50,597 nucleotides of DNA from Octopus bimaculoides. Taxonomy: Eukaryota. The stretch lies in assembly GCF_001194135.2 (NCBI RefSeq), contig NC_068984.1:81652006-81702602 (forward strand). Direction: 5' to 3'. This document shows, piece after piece, positions 10,659-22,742 of the stretch. Numbering within the stretch: position 1 is the stretch's first letter; every line of letters starts with the position of its first letter. The position numbers and the translations under genes are program-made. The notes under the pieces were generated by a model. The model was not told the origin of the DNA. It was given only the letters and a program-made list of their open reading frames with translations, and made no database searches.

Positions 10659-12080
10659 ATGTTTTGAACCACTGACTACACTCACATAGGCATGCACACA
10701 CACATACACATATTCGAACACAAGCACGCATATACTTGCATACACTATGTCATCCCACGATGTGTACAACCGAGACAACCCCTGCGTGCTCGCTGAACCT
10801 GCTAGAAATCCAAATACACACACTCACACACACACACGCACACACACGGGCACAGGCAAATGTATCATTGTATCCGTAGCAGTGTTTGTTTGGTTTTTGT
10901 TATAGTTTTTATTGTTGGTCTTTTAGTAGAAAGTAGCTGGTGGCAGATCACATAGCTTAATATAAAAGTGTTAAGATTTATGTTTCAAAAGTCTTTTTGC
11001 TCTGTTGATCAGTGATGTGACGACGAAAATGAAGAAACGATGAAAGCCTTTCGTTAACTGACCGTATAAAGTAAACTCTAGTCAAAGGTGATAACCTTTT
11101 GATAGCAGATGATATTTATCTCGAACTCTTATCGCCAGATCTCTCACTGTAACAGCTTTATTATTCTGTTGTCCGATAGACCCCGACCTAAGTAGGGCGA
11201 ATTTTTTCCTTTCTATTTACTTTTTCTTTCTTTTTTTTCTTTCTCTTTTCTTTCTCTCCTTCTTTCTTAATGTGTGAATGTCTGTCGTTCATTTTCTTTT
11301 TCTTCCTTCTATATTTTTAAAATCATTTTCCAGGCAGATAGACTCTTTCTTTCAGTAGCAATACGTATATCTAATTTCATATTCGCTGAAAGAAAGCTAC
11401 CAAAACGAAGTATATGCGTGCGCGTTCAAACATACTCACTTTCTCTCCCTCACACACACACACACACACACATGTACACATATACACAAAGTCATACACA
11501 CTCGAACACACACATACACACGTACATACGGACATATACACAAATGCATACTTGCATACATACATGATCACATACATGAATAATAAACGTACATCAATGA
11601 ACTCACACACTCGCACACACATACAGACACACACACATGCGCACATGCACACAGTCATATACAAACTCCTCATACACACACTCACACATGCAATCATACA
11701 CACGCACGAACACAAAACAAGCACCAACACAGAGAATAAAGAACTTACACATTAGCACTTATACACACGAATGAACACAGACACACAAACACNNNNNNNN
11801 NNATTAGCACTTATACACACGAATGAACACAGACACACAAACACACAAACGCACACACACACGCAGCCGCATATACACACATACTCACACATACAGATAA
11901 ATATAACCCTAACATACACATGCATAAACACTGACAAGCACATGTACGCTTGCACTTATATATGGGTGAAACCAAGACAGACGACATTAATACAACATCA
12001 ATATTTATATACAACTAGCAGATATACCCGGCGTTGCTCGGGATTAAAATTGCATAGTTTGTATATATAAATATATATAT

Positions 12081-12341
12081 ATTATTTATGCGACCTTTCA
12101 AAGCCTAGCCAGGCTCATGGGTCCGGTTTCCCGGTTTCTATGGCGTATGTGTTCTCCCCAGCTGGACGGGACGCCAGTCCATCGCAGCGTTCCTCAAGAA
12201 ACAGGAAGAATGAGTGAGAGAAAGTTGGAGTGAAAGAATACAACAGGGGTCGCCACCACCCCCTGCCGGAGCTTTGTGGAGCTTAGGTATTTTCGCTCAA
12301 TAAACACTCACCACGCCCGGTCTGGGAATCGAAATCATGAT
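12081..12341 (-). mobile_element. SINE nested in the Helitron: family-A head/body joined to a type-B tail
   Basis: Reverse complement of 12195-12341 matches 21760-21900; reverse complement of 12085-12190 matches 5330-5430. The head is cut by the N gap. Confidence 0.85.
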
Positions 12342-12718
12342 NNNNNNNNNNNNNNNNNNNNNNNNNNNNNNNNNNNNNNNNNNNNNNNNNNNNNNNNNNN
12401 NNNNNNNNNNNNNNNNNNNNNNNNNNNNNNNNNNNNNNNNNNNNNNNNNNNNNNNNNNNNNNNNNNNNNNNNNNNNNNNNNNNNNNNNNNNNNNNNNNNN
12501 NNNNNNNNNNNNNNNNNNNNNNNNNNNNNNNNNNNNNNNNNNNNNNNNNNNNNNNNNNNNNNNNGTGCAGCATTGACAACAAAACATTTGTGGAGTAAAT
12601 GATGGGCTAATTCGACTAAGTAACATGCTATGTATCCGTTTGGAGCATTCCCGGCCCTAACCTGTCATGGAAAATAGGTGGTGGGGATTATGTGATTTTT
12701 AAACGCACCGAAAAGCTG

Positions 12719-13259
12719 TCAGTGGATACACTCTCCTTTTCGGCAGACCACCCATCGTCTGAAGTTTTGACACTTCCTTTGGGTTTGTTGTCCTACATCA
12801 CTCATAAAGTAAATTTGGAGGAAGTGTGGTTGTTCATTTGTGGGTAACAGGAAACCAATGAGGTGATAGACTTGCGCTTGAACTTTGAACATCGGCATAA
12901 ATCTATGTTCAACTATCTTAGATGCACCAAACGATGTCATTTGAAATATCAGAGTTGTATTGTCTGATACTGTCCAGAAAATCCTTTGACTGGATGGAAG
13001 TGCCTTTCAGAAGATCCATAAGAGATCGAGCAGGAGCTGGTAGTGCTGGCAATCTTACCTTACCGCCTGAGCAGCACGTGCCATTAGTTTCATTTGGAAA
13101 TTTTAAAGCTTTGCAGAAACAATTTGAGTTTAGCACACCAATTTGGACAAAATTATAATTTTTATAAGAATGGGATGGGTCATATCTGAAAGAAGCTCCA
13201 GGAGTTGTGAAGAACGAATTTGTACGTAGTCTCTTTCTGAGATCTATTCTATTGGACAT
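12719..13259 (-). pseudogene. Helitron Rep/helicase N-terminal fragment, frameshifted
   Basis: CFCKALKFPNET...CCSGGKVRLPALP...FLDSIRQYNS followed in another frame by MTSFGA...FMPMFKVQAQVYHLIGFLLP...HFLQIYF; these are typical Helitron_like_N motifs. Confidence 0.9.
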
Positions 13260-13703
13260 CTGTCTAATATTTAAAACCTTGTTTTAATAATCCACCATTA
13301 AGCGCTGCAGCATGCATTTGCTGATCTTTGGAATGTCTCATCTCCCTTCTGTATTGAAACTCTATCTGCGTAATGTTGTTCACATTAGGATGTAAATTAT
13401 TCATTTATTCCAAATATAATAGAAATTAGATGATCTTAGTGTTATCACATTTTAATTAAAAGTGAAAGAATGAAAATGAAACTATTATATCACATTACAA
13501 TACAGATGTTATTCTTTCACTTTTGACACGTAATACCGAACCAGTACTAATGTTCTATTGTTTTAATCCAAACGAAAAAGATTACATGTTGACATTCACG
13601 GGGTCTAATACTATCACCTTGAAAATTTGATTTGATTTGGTCGAGCCGTTTGAGAATGCATTGGGAACAGACAGACAAAGAATTATATATAGAGAGATAG
13701 ATA

Positions 13704-14235
13704 AGGTGGCGAACTGGTACAATCGTTATCGCGCCGGAAAAAGTGCTCGCCGGCTTTTCCTTACTACTTTGCGTTCTGGTTTCAAATGCTGCCGAGGTCG
13801 ACATTTTCTTTCATCCTCTCGGGATTGATAAAATAAATACTAGTTCAGTGCCGGGGTAGATGTAATCAACTCAATTCCTTTCCCGAACTTGCTGGCCTTC
13901 CATTGAAAATTGAAATCAATTGTTAAATGCGGCGAGCTGGCAGAATCGTTAGCACGCCGGACCAAAATGCCTAGCAGCATTTTGTCCGTCTCTACGTTTT
14001 GGGTTCAAATTCCGCCGACGTCAAGTTTGCCTTTCATCCTTTCGGGGTGGATAAAATAAGTACCAGTTGAGCACAGGGGGTCGATGTAATTGATTTACCC
14101 CGAACTTGCTGGCCTTTAAAAGCAATATTCATGTGCAATAAGGCGACGAGCTGGTAGACGCCGGAATAAGTGCTCACCGACATTTCTTCCGACTTTGCAT
14201 TCTGAGTTCAAATGGTACCAGGTTCGACTTTGGGA
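13704..14235 (+). mobile_element. Three head-to-tail degenerate copies of SINE family F
   Basis: Heads (ggcggcgagctggcagaatcgttagc-like) at ~13704, ~13928 and ~14141, each followed by gttcaaat...gtcgactttgcctttcatcc-like sequence. Confidence 0.8.
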
Positions 14236-14574
14236 TCTAGTTGGTTTGGCTGCCATCATTTTCTGTTCGAATTGATTTCATATTCAGTGTAATGATACAT
14301 TTTTGTAGGCTAAAGAATGGCGTGAAAATCATTTTTGCTATAAATGAATAAATAAAGTGTTAGTAGCAATTGAAGTTTGAAAGTTTTGGGTAATTTTAGC
14401 CAATCGTAAGCCACAGACACATTCATGCCTATTTCTATCGTAACAAGACAAACATGAGAACTCTTTTGTCAGCGAGAAGCCTGTGTGTTGACAAATATAT
14501 TCTACGCGATGCCACGTGCGTTAACGTTGTGTTCTGTTGCTCATGCCTGTCTGTTGCTTGTACCCTGGTCGTGA

Positions 14575-14760
14575 GACGCGCTAAATATAACAGCTAAGTA
14601 GGCCTTAAATCACTTCCTATCATTAAATTTTTTTTTTTTTGCATAATCGTATGAATCGCTGTGTGTAGTGTACAAATTCGCAAAATTTTCTGAAAATTCC
14701 AATTTTTTAAAAATGTTTCGAGCGGTTATGTTGTACGTTAAGCAGAATTTGATTTGTTTA
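14575..14760 (+). repeat. Unclassified dispersed repeat, second copy at ~40010-40195
   Basis: Shared gctaaa..taacagctaa.taggcc...ttttgcataatcgt.tgaat...acaaattcgcaaaattttc.gaaaatt...aagcagaatt. Confidence 0.7.
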
Positions 14761-15740
14761 TCCATCCTATCCACCACCCGTACAAAGGATTAATTCACCA
14801 GTTTCTATTTTGGTTTAGTCTTTTACTTAACGTCCCAAAGAGATACAAGCAAAATGGTATGATTGCAACCATATTCATCTTTTAGCATTTTCTTCTTTAT
14901 TTATTCTTCACTCTGATGAAGCTCCTTGTTTCAGATCTTATTACCAAATATGATAAATGTTTTTGCATATTTTTGCATATCAATGGTAATACAATGCAAC
15001 ATTGGAAGCAGAAACAGTTGTTAGATGGAATTCAGTCTATTTGCATTGAATTAATAAATAATAATTGATGTAAGTCAATTGTNNNNNNNNNNNNNNNNNN
15101 NNNNNNNNNNNNNNNNNNNNNNNNNNNNNNNNNNNNNNNNNNNNNNNNNNNNNNNNNNNNNNNNNNNNNNNNNNNNNNNNNNNNNNNNNNNNNNNNNNNN
15201 NNNNNNNNNNNNNNNNNNNNNNNNNNNNNNNNNNNNNNNNNNNNNNNNNNNNNNNNNNNNNNNNNNNNNNNNNNNNNNNNNNNNNNNNNNNNNNNNNNNN
15301 NNNNNNNNNNNNNNNNNNNNNNNNNNNNNNNNNNNNNNNNNNNNNNNNNNNNNNNNNNNNNNNNNNNNNNNNNNNNNNNNNNNNNNNNNNNNNNNNNNNN
15401 NNNNNNNNNNNNNNNNNNNNNNNNNNNNNNNNNNNNNNNNNNNNNNNNNNNNNNNNNNNNNNNNNNNNNNNNNNNNNNNNNNNNNNNNNNNNNNNNNNNN
15501 NNNNNNNNNNNNNNNNNNNNNNNNNNNNNNNNNNNNNNNNNNNNNNNNNNNNNNNNNNNNNNNNNNNNNNNNNNNNNNNNNNNNNNNNNNNNNNNNNNNN
15601 NNNNNNNNNNNNNNNNNNNNNNNNNNNNNNNNNNNNNNNNNNNNNNNNNNNNNNNNNNNNNNNNNNNNNNNNNNNNNNNNNNNNNNNNNNNNNNNNNNNN
15701 NNNNNNNNNNNNNNNNNNNNNNNNNNNNNNNNNNNNNNNN

Positions 15741-15771
<31 letters not shown>

Positions 15772-16196
15772 CTTCCGCGTGAGCATGCATAAATGTGTAA
15801 TCGTATAAAACTGAGTACATTCGCATTTTTTAATCGCGTCATCTAGGACATGTTCGCGGCAAAATCTCATATATTAATCTCAGAATTTATGGTTTCCGTA
15901 ATAGAATCTCAACTAGTCATCATAGAAATGTTAGTGATGCCTTGCAAAAATATACATAAATGTATGCAAATATATAAAATGCGTGAGTATGTGTGTGTGT
16001 GCGTGTGTGCGTACGTGTGTGTATCTATTCGTGCGTGCGAGCGTGTGTACACAGACAGAGTGGAAAAGGAAAAGAGAAAGAGAATATTACATATATACGG
16101 AATATATAGGACTACATCTATATGTATGTCTGTCTGTCTGTCTGTCTGCCTGTATGTATGTATGTATGTATGTATGTATGTATGTATGTATGTATT

Positions 16197-16660
16197 GATT
16201 ATTGGAGTTGTCTTGCGAAGCTGAAACTTTATCGCCTCCAACACCACCAAGAGCATTATAACATTTGTATGACGTGAAAAATATTCTAACAACATTGCCC
16301 AAATGAAGTTGGCATCAACTTTGTAATTCACTCAGGGTTAGGCCACCGTGCCAAACGTCCTCGAGAAAAGTCATACCCGTGTCATATCACAACACTAACA
16401 TAGAGCTCTTCCCCCATGAACTTACGCTGCTCTCTAACATTATGCCAAGACAAATAAGAGAAGAAAAAAGATTTCATAATATTCAATCGGTCCTTAGATG
16501 AATTTCTTCAGCAAATTCCAGATAAACTCTCTACTCGAATGAGCTATTGGTGCTTAATGACTATGATATAAAACCTCATCAAATATCCTTCCTAGCTAGT
16601 GCTATTAAGTTAGTCATGTTCTGGACCAATTCCTAGACGACACTTATCTAAGTGTCTAAG
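16197..16660 (+). pseudogene. CR1/L2-like LINE 3' end (RT C-terminus and 3' UTR)
   Basis: YWSCLAKLKLYRLQHHQEHY...HSGLGHRAKRP...LDEFLQQIPD resembles CR1-clade YWERLxxLKLYSLQRRRERY...LDKFLxxIPD; homologous to 45490-45920. Confidence 0.75.
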
Positions 16661-16883
16661 TGTGTGTGTGTGCACAAATATATACATACATATATACACA
16701 TACATACATATATCACATATATATATATACACATACATATTTATGAATACACATATATACATACATGCACACATACATACACANNNNNNNNNNNNNNNNN
16801 NNNNNNNNNNNNNNNNNNNNNNNNNNNNNNNNNNNNNNNNNNNNNNNNNNNNNNNNNNNNNNNNNNNNNNNNNNNNNNNNNNN

Positions 16884-16922
<39 letters not shown>

Positions 16923-17284
16923 TGAGTGGGCGCACGCGTGCGTGTAGTGTGTAGACAGCTTCAATATGTCACGCACTTGCGTGTATTTTTAGCTGCACAA
17001 AAATATTTGTATGACTCAGCTTGAAAAAGCCGGGTATAGATGCTCACACTTTTACAATGTCATCATTACCATCATCACCAAAACTACCAAGGCCCTCATC
17101 CCCTCCACCCCGCTCCTGGTCATCATGGTTGTCCTTGTCCTCACGATCAATAATTCGTAGTTTTCCGCTTGATAGGCGATACGGTGGATGAAACACTCAC
17201 TGCTATATTCATGAGCGGATTACTGTAAGCATACATCCACAAGGTGTCAAATGCAGGCAAGCTTATACTCAATATTTTCCGGTT

Positions 17285-17499
17285 CGAAGGCGGCGAGCTG
17301 GCAGGAACGTTAGCACTCTGGGCTAAATGCTTAGCGGTATTTCGCTTGTCTTTACGTTCTGAGTTCAAATTCCGCCGAGGTCGACTTTGCCTTTCAACCT
17401 TTCAGGGTCGATAAATTAAATACCAGTTGCGTACTAGGGGCGATCTAATCGTCTGGCCCCTCCCCATAAATTTCGGGCCTTGTGCCTAGAGTAGAAAAG
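17285..17499 (+). mobile_element. Full-length SINE family F with 14-bp TSD
   Basis: TSD aatattttccggtt at 17271-17284 and 17500-17513; A box TGGCAGGAACG, B box GAGTTCAAATTCC. Confidence 0.92.
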
Positions 17500-18721
17500 A
17501 ATATTTTCCGGTTTGTTATCTGGTTAATGATTGCACACTGCTGGTAAATGCGACCGAGAAATACAAACGAAAAAGCCACCACGTACAGATGACAGATAAA
17601 TTTCGCTCTAATTGCTTTTAGAAAAGGGAAACCTGTAAAGAAGATGATCTAGAAACACTAAGACAAAATAAGGGACGACATGGAAACGGCTGGAATGATT
17701 ATGATCATAAGTTTACTCAGTGAGGGTTGACCTGCGGTTAATAGAAGCAATGCATGATTCACAAAATATAAACTCAGTTATCGAATCGCCAACATACAAG
17801 CGTATATTGCTTAAAGTTTATATACGTATATACATACATACATACATTACATACATTCATATATATACATANNNNNNNNNNNNNNNNNNNNNNNNNNNNN
17901 NNNNNNNNNNNNNNNNNNNNNNNNNNNNNNNNNNNNNNNNNNNNNNNNNNNNNNNNNNNNNNNNNNNNNNNNNNNNNNNNNNNNNNNNNNNNNNNNNNNN
18001 NNNNNNNNNNNNNNNNNNNNNNNNNNNNNNNNNNNNNNNNNNNNNNNNNNNNNNNNNNNNNNNNNNNNNNNNNNNNNNNNNNNNNNNNNNNNNNNNNNNN
18101 NNNNNNNNNNNNNNNNNNNNNNNNNNNNNNNNNNNNNNNNNNNNNNNNNNNNNNNNNNNNNNNNNNNNNNNNNNNNNNNNNNNNNNNNNNNNNNNNNNNN
18201 NNNNNNNNNNNNNNNNNNNNNNNNNNNNNNNNNNNNNNNNNNNNNNNNNNNNNNNNNNNNNNNNNNNNNNNNNNNNNNNNNNNNNNNNNNNNNNNNNNNN
18301 NNNNNNNNNNNNNNNNNNNNNNNNNNNNNNNNNNNNNNNNNNNNNNNNNNNNNNNNNNNNNNNNNNNNNNNNNNNNNNNNNNNNNNNNNNNNNNNNNNNN
18401 NNNNNNNNNNNNNNNNNNNNNNNNNNNNNNNNNNNNNNNNNNNNNNNNNNNNNNGGGGTGGGGTGGGATGGGATCTATAGATAGGGAAGGTAAGGTTGGA
18501 ATGTGTAGGGGTGGGTAATGATGGAAGGAGTGACGATGAAGGGAGGGGGTGGCAGGGAGAAGGTGGGTAGGAGTGAAGAGAGGAAGTAGGTGACAGAGCA
18601 AGAGAGGAGAGGAGAGGTGGGTGGGAGTGAAGGGAGGATATAGGTGTGAGAGGAAGAGAGTAGGGGGTTAGATGAAGAGGGGAGGAGAGTTGAGTCCATG
18701 TGGCGCAAAAGAGCGAAGAGA

Positions 18722-19292
18722 GAATGCTGGTGGAAAGTCCAAGTGAAAACCTCAATAAAATGTAAGTACAATAGACCTGATATAATGATTTAAGACAGAG
18801 AAGTGAAACTGTATACATTTGTGGAAATCAGCTGCCCAGCAAATGTTAACATAAAGCTGAAGATCAATGAAAAAGAAAATATCGCCGCTGAACTATTGAG
18901 AAATCCGCAGTTACTCTATCCAGATTACAAGTTCAAGTTTATACCTATAATTATTGGGGCACTGAGATATGTAACACACTGCCTAAGTACCAATCTTGAG
19001 AAATTAGGCTTCCCGAAATCAGAAAGGAGAAAGTTGATTCGAAGACTACAGATCCAAGTCATCACTGGAAAAGTTTCCAGACGTTTATCATTTAAGTATA
19101 CATGAGCATGCCTAGATGTGCAGATATATACTTGAGATTTGCATAAAATAAAACATACAAATCTACACGTACACATAATACATACATACGCTGTTGTTGA
19201 TGTTGAAATTCCAAAGAAGAAGCCTTGGATGTAGGTTAGAAACCTACTCTTTCTTTATTAGCAAGAAATCTCGAAATAAAACTGAATAATGA
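18722..19292 (+). pseudogene. R4/Dong-type non-LTR retrotransposon 3' end: restriction-like endonuclease remnant and 3' UTR, followed by (CATA)n
   Basis: KYNRPDIMI*DREVKLYTFVEISCP...EKEN...FIPIIIGAL is an RLE PD-(D/E)xK-type motif; one in-frame stop. Confidence 0.85.
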
Positions 19293-19588
19293 CATACATA
19301 CATACATACATACATACATACATACATACATACGTACATACATACATACATACATACGTACATACATACATATATTAATCAATTAAATCAGCGGATGAAA
19401 GCACTTTTATGTGATTAAAACACGTGTATACGCTTAAAACATTCTTAGCTCTGATGTAAAATAATGTTGCTGATTATACCCTAACTATATTCCGGACTTC
19501 CGATGAAGCTATCAGTTTCAACTTCATTGATTTTTTATTTTTTTGATAACTAATCATTAGCAACGGAAGCAGTATTAGTGCCAAAGGC

Positions 19589-19907
19589 AATTCTTATATC
19601 CATTTTAACGTGGATGTCTTGTTAGAACTCCGAATTCTGCGTTGTTAGCCCTGGGTGGTTTTCTCATATAGGCGCTTGGTGCAAAAAAGCACATACATAG
19701 ATCGTAGCTGACGAGAATCATGTGTTATGGACCCGGAACTCCCATATCACGCGATTTCAGTCTACTGGGTAGACGATTCTCATCGGCTACGATCTATGTG
19801 TGTGCTTTTATGCACCAAGCGCCTATATGAGAGGCTCTCTCAAGGCTAATAACGCAGTATTTAGTGATCTAACAAGATATCCATATTAAGTTGGATATAT
19901 AAGGATT
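19589..19907. mobile_element. Foldback/MITE-like inverted repeat, arms ~130 bp (19589-19719 and 19775-19907), 55-nt spacer
   Basis: Inner part tctcatataggcgcttggtgca.aaaagcaca.acatagatcgtagc.ga.gagaatc pairs almost perfectly; outer part is more diverged. Confidence 0.85.
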
Positions 19908-20194
19908 ACCTTTTTGTTAACGATACTCTGTACAACGTAGTGCGGCTAATTTATGAATAATATTAAATCAAGGCATATCGCTAACTTCGTAAATGACATG
20001 ATGTTCCGAAAATAAAATTGGAGCCCTATCTCTAATACATATATATATATACACAGAAGTTTTCACGTCTGGCCGCATGGCCTTTTCCGTTTGTTTTCCT
20101 GTCTTGTTTTCTTTTCCGTTTGTTTTCCTGTCTTGTTTTTTGTCCGCCACTACATTCCTCCATGGCACAGGTCTAATTTGTGTATACAAATTTA

Positions 20195-20370
20195 ATTTGC
20201 GGTCCATGGGAAGAGCCGTTTTAACGATGCGTCCTGCCCAACTCTTCGAAACGCCGGTGTTAAAACGGGGGTAGCTGATGAAGGAAAATGTTCTCTATGT
20301 GGCTTGTGTGTTTTCTGTACTCTGGTTATTATTATTTCTTGTCTACGTTTTGTTTGCAATGTCCTGTACC
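20195..20370 (+). mobile_element. Diverged relative of the 3396-3830 / 29026-29315 repeat
   Basis: ctgatgaagg...ctctatgtggcttg...aatgtcctgtacc parallels ctgacaaagggg...ctttatgttgcatg...aatgtcctgcacc. Confidence 0.5.
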
Positions 20371-20999
20371 NNNNNNNNNNNNNNNNNNNNNNNNNNNNNN
20401 NNNNNNNNNNNNNNNNNNNNNNNNNNNNNNNNNNNNNNNNNNNNNNNNNNTTAGGTTGCTATTTTTAGCAGGTAAAGCTTGACTGATTCACGCCATTTTG
20501 GTTGGCATTTGTGAGATTACGTCAGAGATCAAGAGGGAGATAAATGACATTAGCTTCATTAATTTAACGTCGAGACAAAAACTTTGGGACAAATTGACCA
20601 GCAGTTGGAATTCAATTTGGGACTGGAACAATAGAATGATTGCATTACAGAATTAATTCACATCCGTCTTTAACCTCTCTAATAAAACACTACCGGGGCA
20701 TATAGTCAATATAGNNNNNNNNNNCATGAAAGTGGTTTCTATCTAAAGCTTTAAACCCTCTAAAAAGGCTTTATGTACCAATTCCTTCGTTGAAAATCAT
20801 TGGTGCCATTGTTGCTGTTGTTATTGTTGCAGTTGTTTTCTTGTTTAGCTTCACGTAGCTCTCTGATGGAGTAGACTTATAATTAAAGGCCATCTAGCCA
20901 TGATAACCTTATCTTTTCAGACATACTTTATGTTAGATTATAAGCATCCAATATGTTCTTTTTCTTATTTTATTTTTCGAGAAGGCGTGGTGTGATAGG

Positions 21000-21155
21000 A
21001 AATGGATTTTGCTACTGGTACTTATTTTATCAATTTCAAAAGGATGAAAGGCAATGTCGACCTCCGTGGAATTTGAACTCAGAACAGAGACAGATGAAAT
21101 TGTGCTAAGCATTTTGCCCGTCGTGCTGATGATTCTGCCAGCTCGCCGCCTTCTT
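21000..21155 (-). mobile_element. SINE family F copy
   Basis: Reverse complement begins ggcggcgagctggcagaatc and contains gagttcaaattcc. Confidence 0.85.
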
Positions 21156-21701
21156 GACTACAAATATTAGATATCTTCATTTCAAGAACTGCTCCCCCTT
21201 GATATCGATTTTATTTCATACATTCTCGACAACGATTGTTAATTTATTAAGTTCCCTTTTACATTCGTTTACCTTTATTCGTATTCTAAACACGCCATTT
21301 TTTATTTTCAGCAACTAGATTTCAAAACCTTTTGCATCAGTGAAACATCGCTACTTTATTTCAGTTCGATAAATAATTCCATGGGCGTTCTTGTACCGAA
21401 CTTCTCTTAATCCTTTGCCTGACCTGAGTGTCACATTTGATACCCAAGACATATTTCCCTGGCGTCCATGCTTCATGTATGAGACACATTCTCGATTTCT
21501 TTTCAGCCAGTAGAGTGACTTGGGACTTTGAAAGGAAAGCTTTAAACCGTAAGAAACAAGGGCTAACTAAAAGTCTGAAAACAAGCCTGGACGTTTAAGA
21601 AAGACTTATGAAAATGCTTTCGATAGGCAAAGGGTTAAGGTAAAATGAAGTGACTAGCCTTTCTGCTAACTTTCATTCTTTCACTGTTGCTGTAAGAAGT
21701 G

Positions 21702-22083
21702 TGGAGGCGCAATGGCCCAGTGGTTAGGGCAGCGGACTCGCGTTCATAGGATCGCGGTTTCGATTCCCAGACTGGGCGTTGTGGGTGTTTATTGAGCGAA
21801 AACACCTAAAGCTCCACGAGGCTCCGGCAGGGGATGGTGGCGAACCCTGCTGTACTCTTCCACCACAACTTTTTCTCACTCTTACTTCCTGTTTCTGTTG
21901 TGCCTGTAATTCAAAGGGCCAGCCTTGTCACTTTGTCACGCTGAATATCACCGAGAACTACGGTAAGGGTACACGTGTCTGTGGATTGCTCAGCCACTTG
22001 CACGTTAATTTCTCGAGCAGGCTGTTCCGTTGATCGGATCGACTGGAACCCTCGACGTCGTAAGCGACGGAGTGCCAACAACA
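21702..22083 (+). mobile_element. Full-length young tRNA-derived SINE (family A)
   Basis: A box TGGCCCAGTGG, B box GTTTCGATTCC, (CAA)n tail; near-identical to 29882-30265 and 50271-50597. Confidence 0.95.
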
Positions 22084-22372
22084 AGAAGCTTTAAACAGTG
22101 TTTTTACGCTATTATCCTCTTTTTATCTAAGCAGCTCAGTTGAGAAACTCTCTCCTTTTCCAGATAAACATACTCGTAAGACTTTTAAATCTTAGGTTGA
22201 GTATTTTATGATTCTTATGTCAACATTTCATTAGACATTTTTTTTACCTTTTCTTTTGTAACTTCTTACGCACTAAATGCTTGATTATCGTCTATTTGAT
22301 CCTATTTTATTATTGGTTGCTTCCTGCCTTGTTGGAAGAGAATTTTAATTAAAAAGAAAAATTTACTCTGAT

Positions 22373-22742
22373 CATATTCGATGTGGTTCTGTGGTTAAGA
22401 ACCTTGCTTTGCGATCATGTGGTTTCGGGCTCAATCTCACTGCGCGGCACCTTGGACAAGTAACTTCTATTATAGCCGCGAGTCGACGAATACTTTGTGA
22501 GTGAATTTGGTACACGGAAAGTGTGTGGAAGCCTCCTATATGTGTGTGTTTGTCTTTGTATTTGTCCCACCCCCACCGCTTGACAACGGGTGTTCGTTTG
22601 TTTACCTCCCCGTAACTTGGCATTTCGGCAAGAGACCAATAGAACAAGTACCAGAGTTAAAATAAGTACTAAGGTCGATTTGTTCGACTAAACCCTTCAA
22701 AACGGTTTCCCAGCATGGGCGCAGTCTAACTAAAACACGTAA
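22373..22742 (+). mobile_element. Full-length CORE-type SINE (family E) with internal (GT)n and 3' tail
   Basis: accttggacaagt CORE-like motif; tail homologous to 37628-37785 (-), 46332-46520 (-) and 49320-49520. Confidence 0.85.

Larger units (their letters stand above)
12015..13701 (-). mobile_element. Internally deleted Helitron with both termini
   Basis: Minus-strand 3' end: hairpin cccgagcaacgccggg (12027-12042), 8 nt, then CTAG followed by host T. 5' end A|TC(TA..) at ~13697-13701. Rep fragment lies in the same orientation. Confidence 0.85.

Noticed and set aside
11751-11844. Exact 42-bp direct repeat flanking a 10-N gap
   Set aside because: This is typical of an unmerged contig overlap, so it is most likely an assembly artefact.
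17147-17620. Minus-strand reading frame that stays open after removing the SINE at 17285-17499
   Set aside because: The reconstructed peptide resembles nothing I recognise and has no clear splice or start signals.
20240-20295. GAAAC and CTGATGA motifs suggesting a hammerhead ribozyme in the Penelope-like repeat
   Set aside because: There is no room for stem I, the first stem II pair is A-C, stem III is poor, and the motifs are not conserved in the 3396 and 29026 copies. An Infernal search on the family consensus would settle it.
21702-21775. tRNA gene calls for SINE heads (also 1494, 5181, 29882, 50271)
   Set aside because: A and B boxes are present but there is no complete cloverleaf, and each continues into a shared SINE body.
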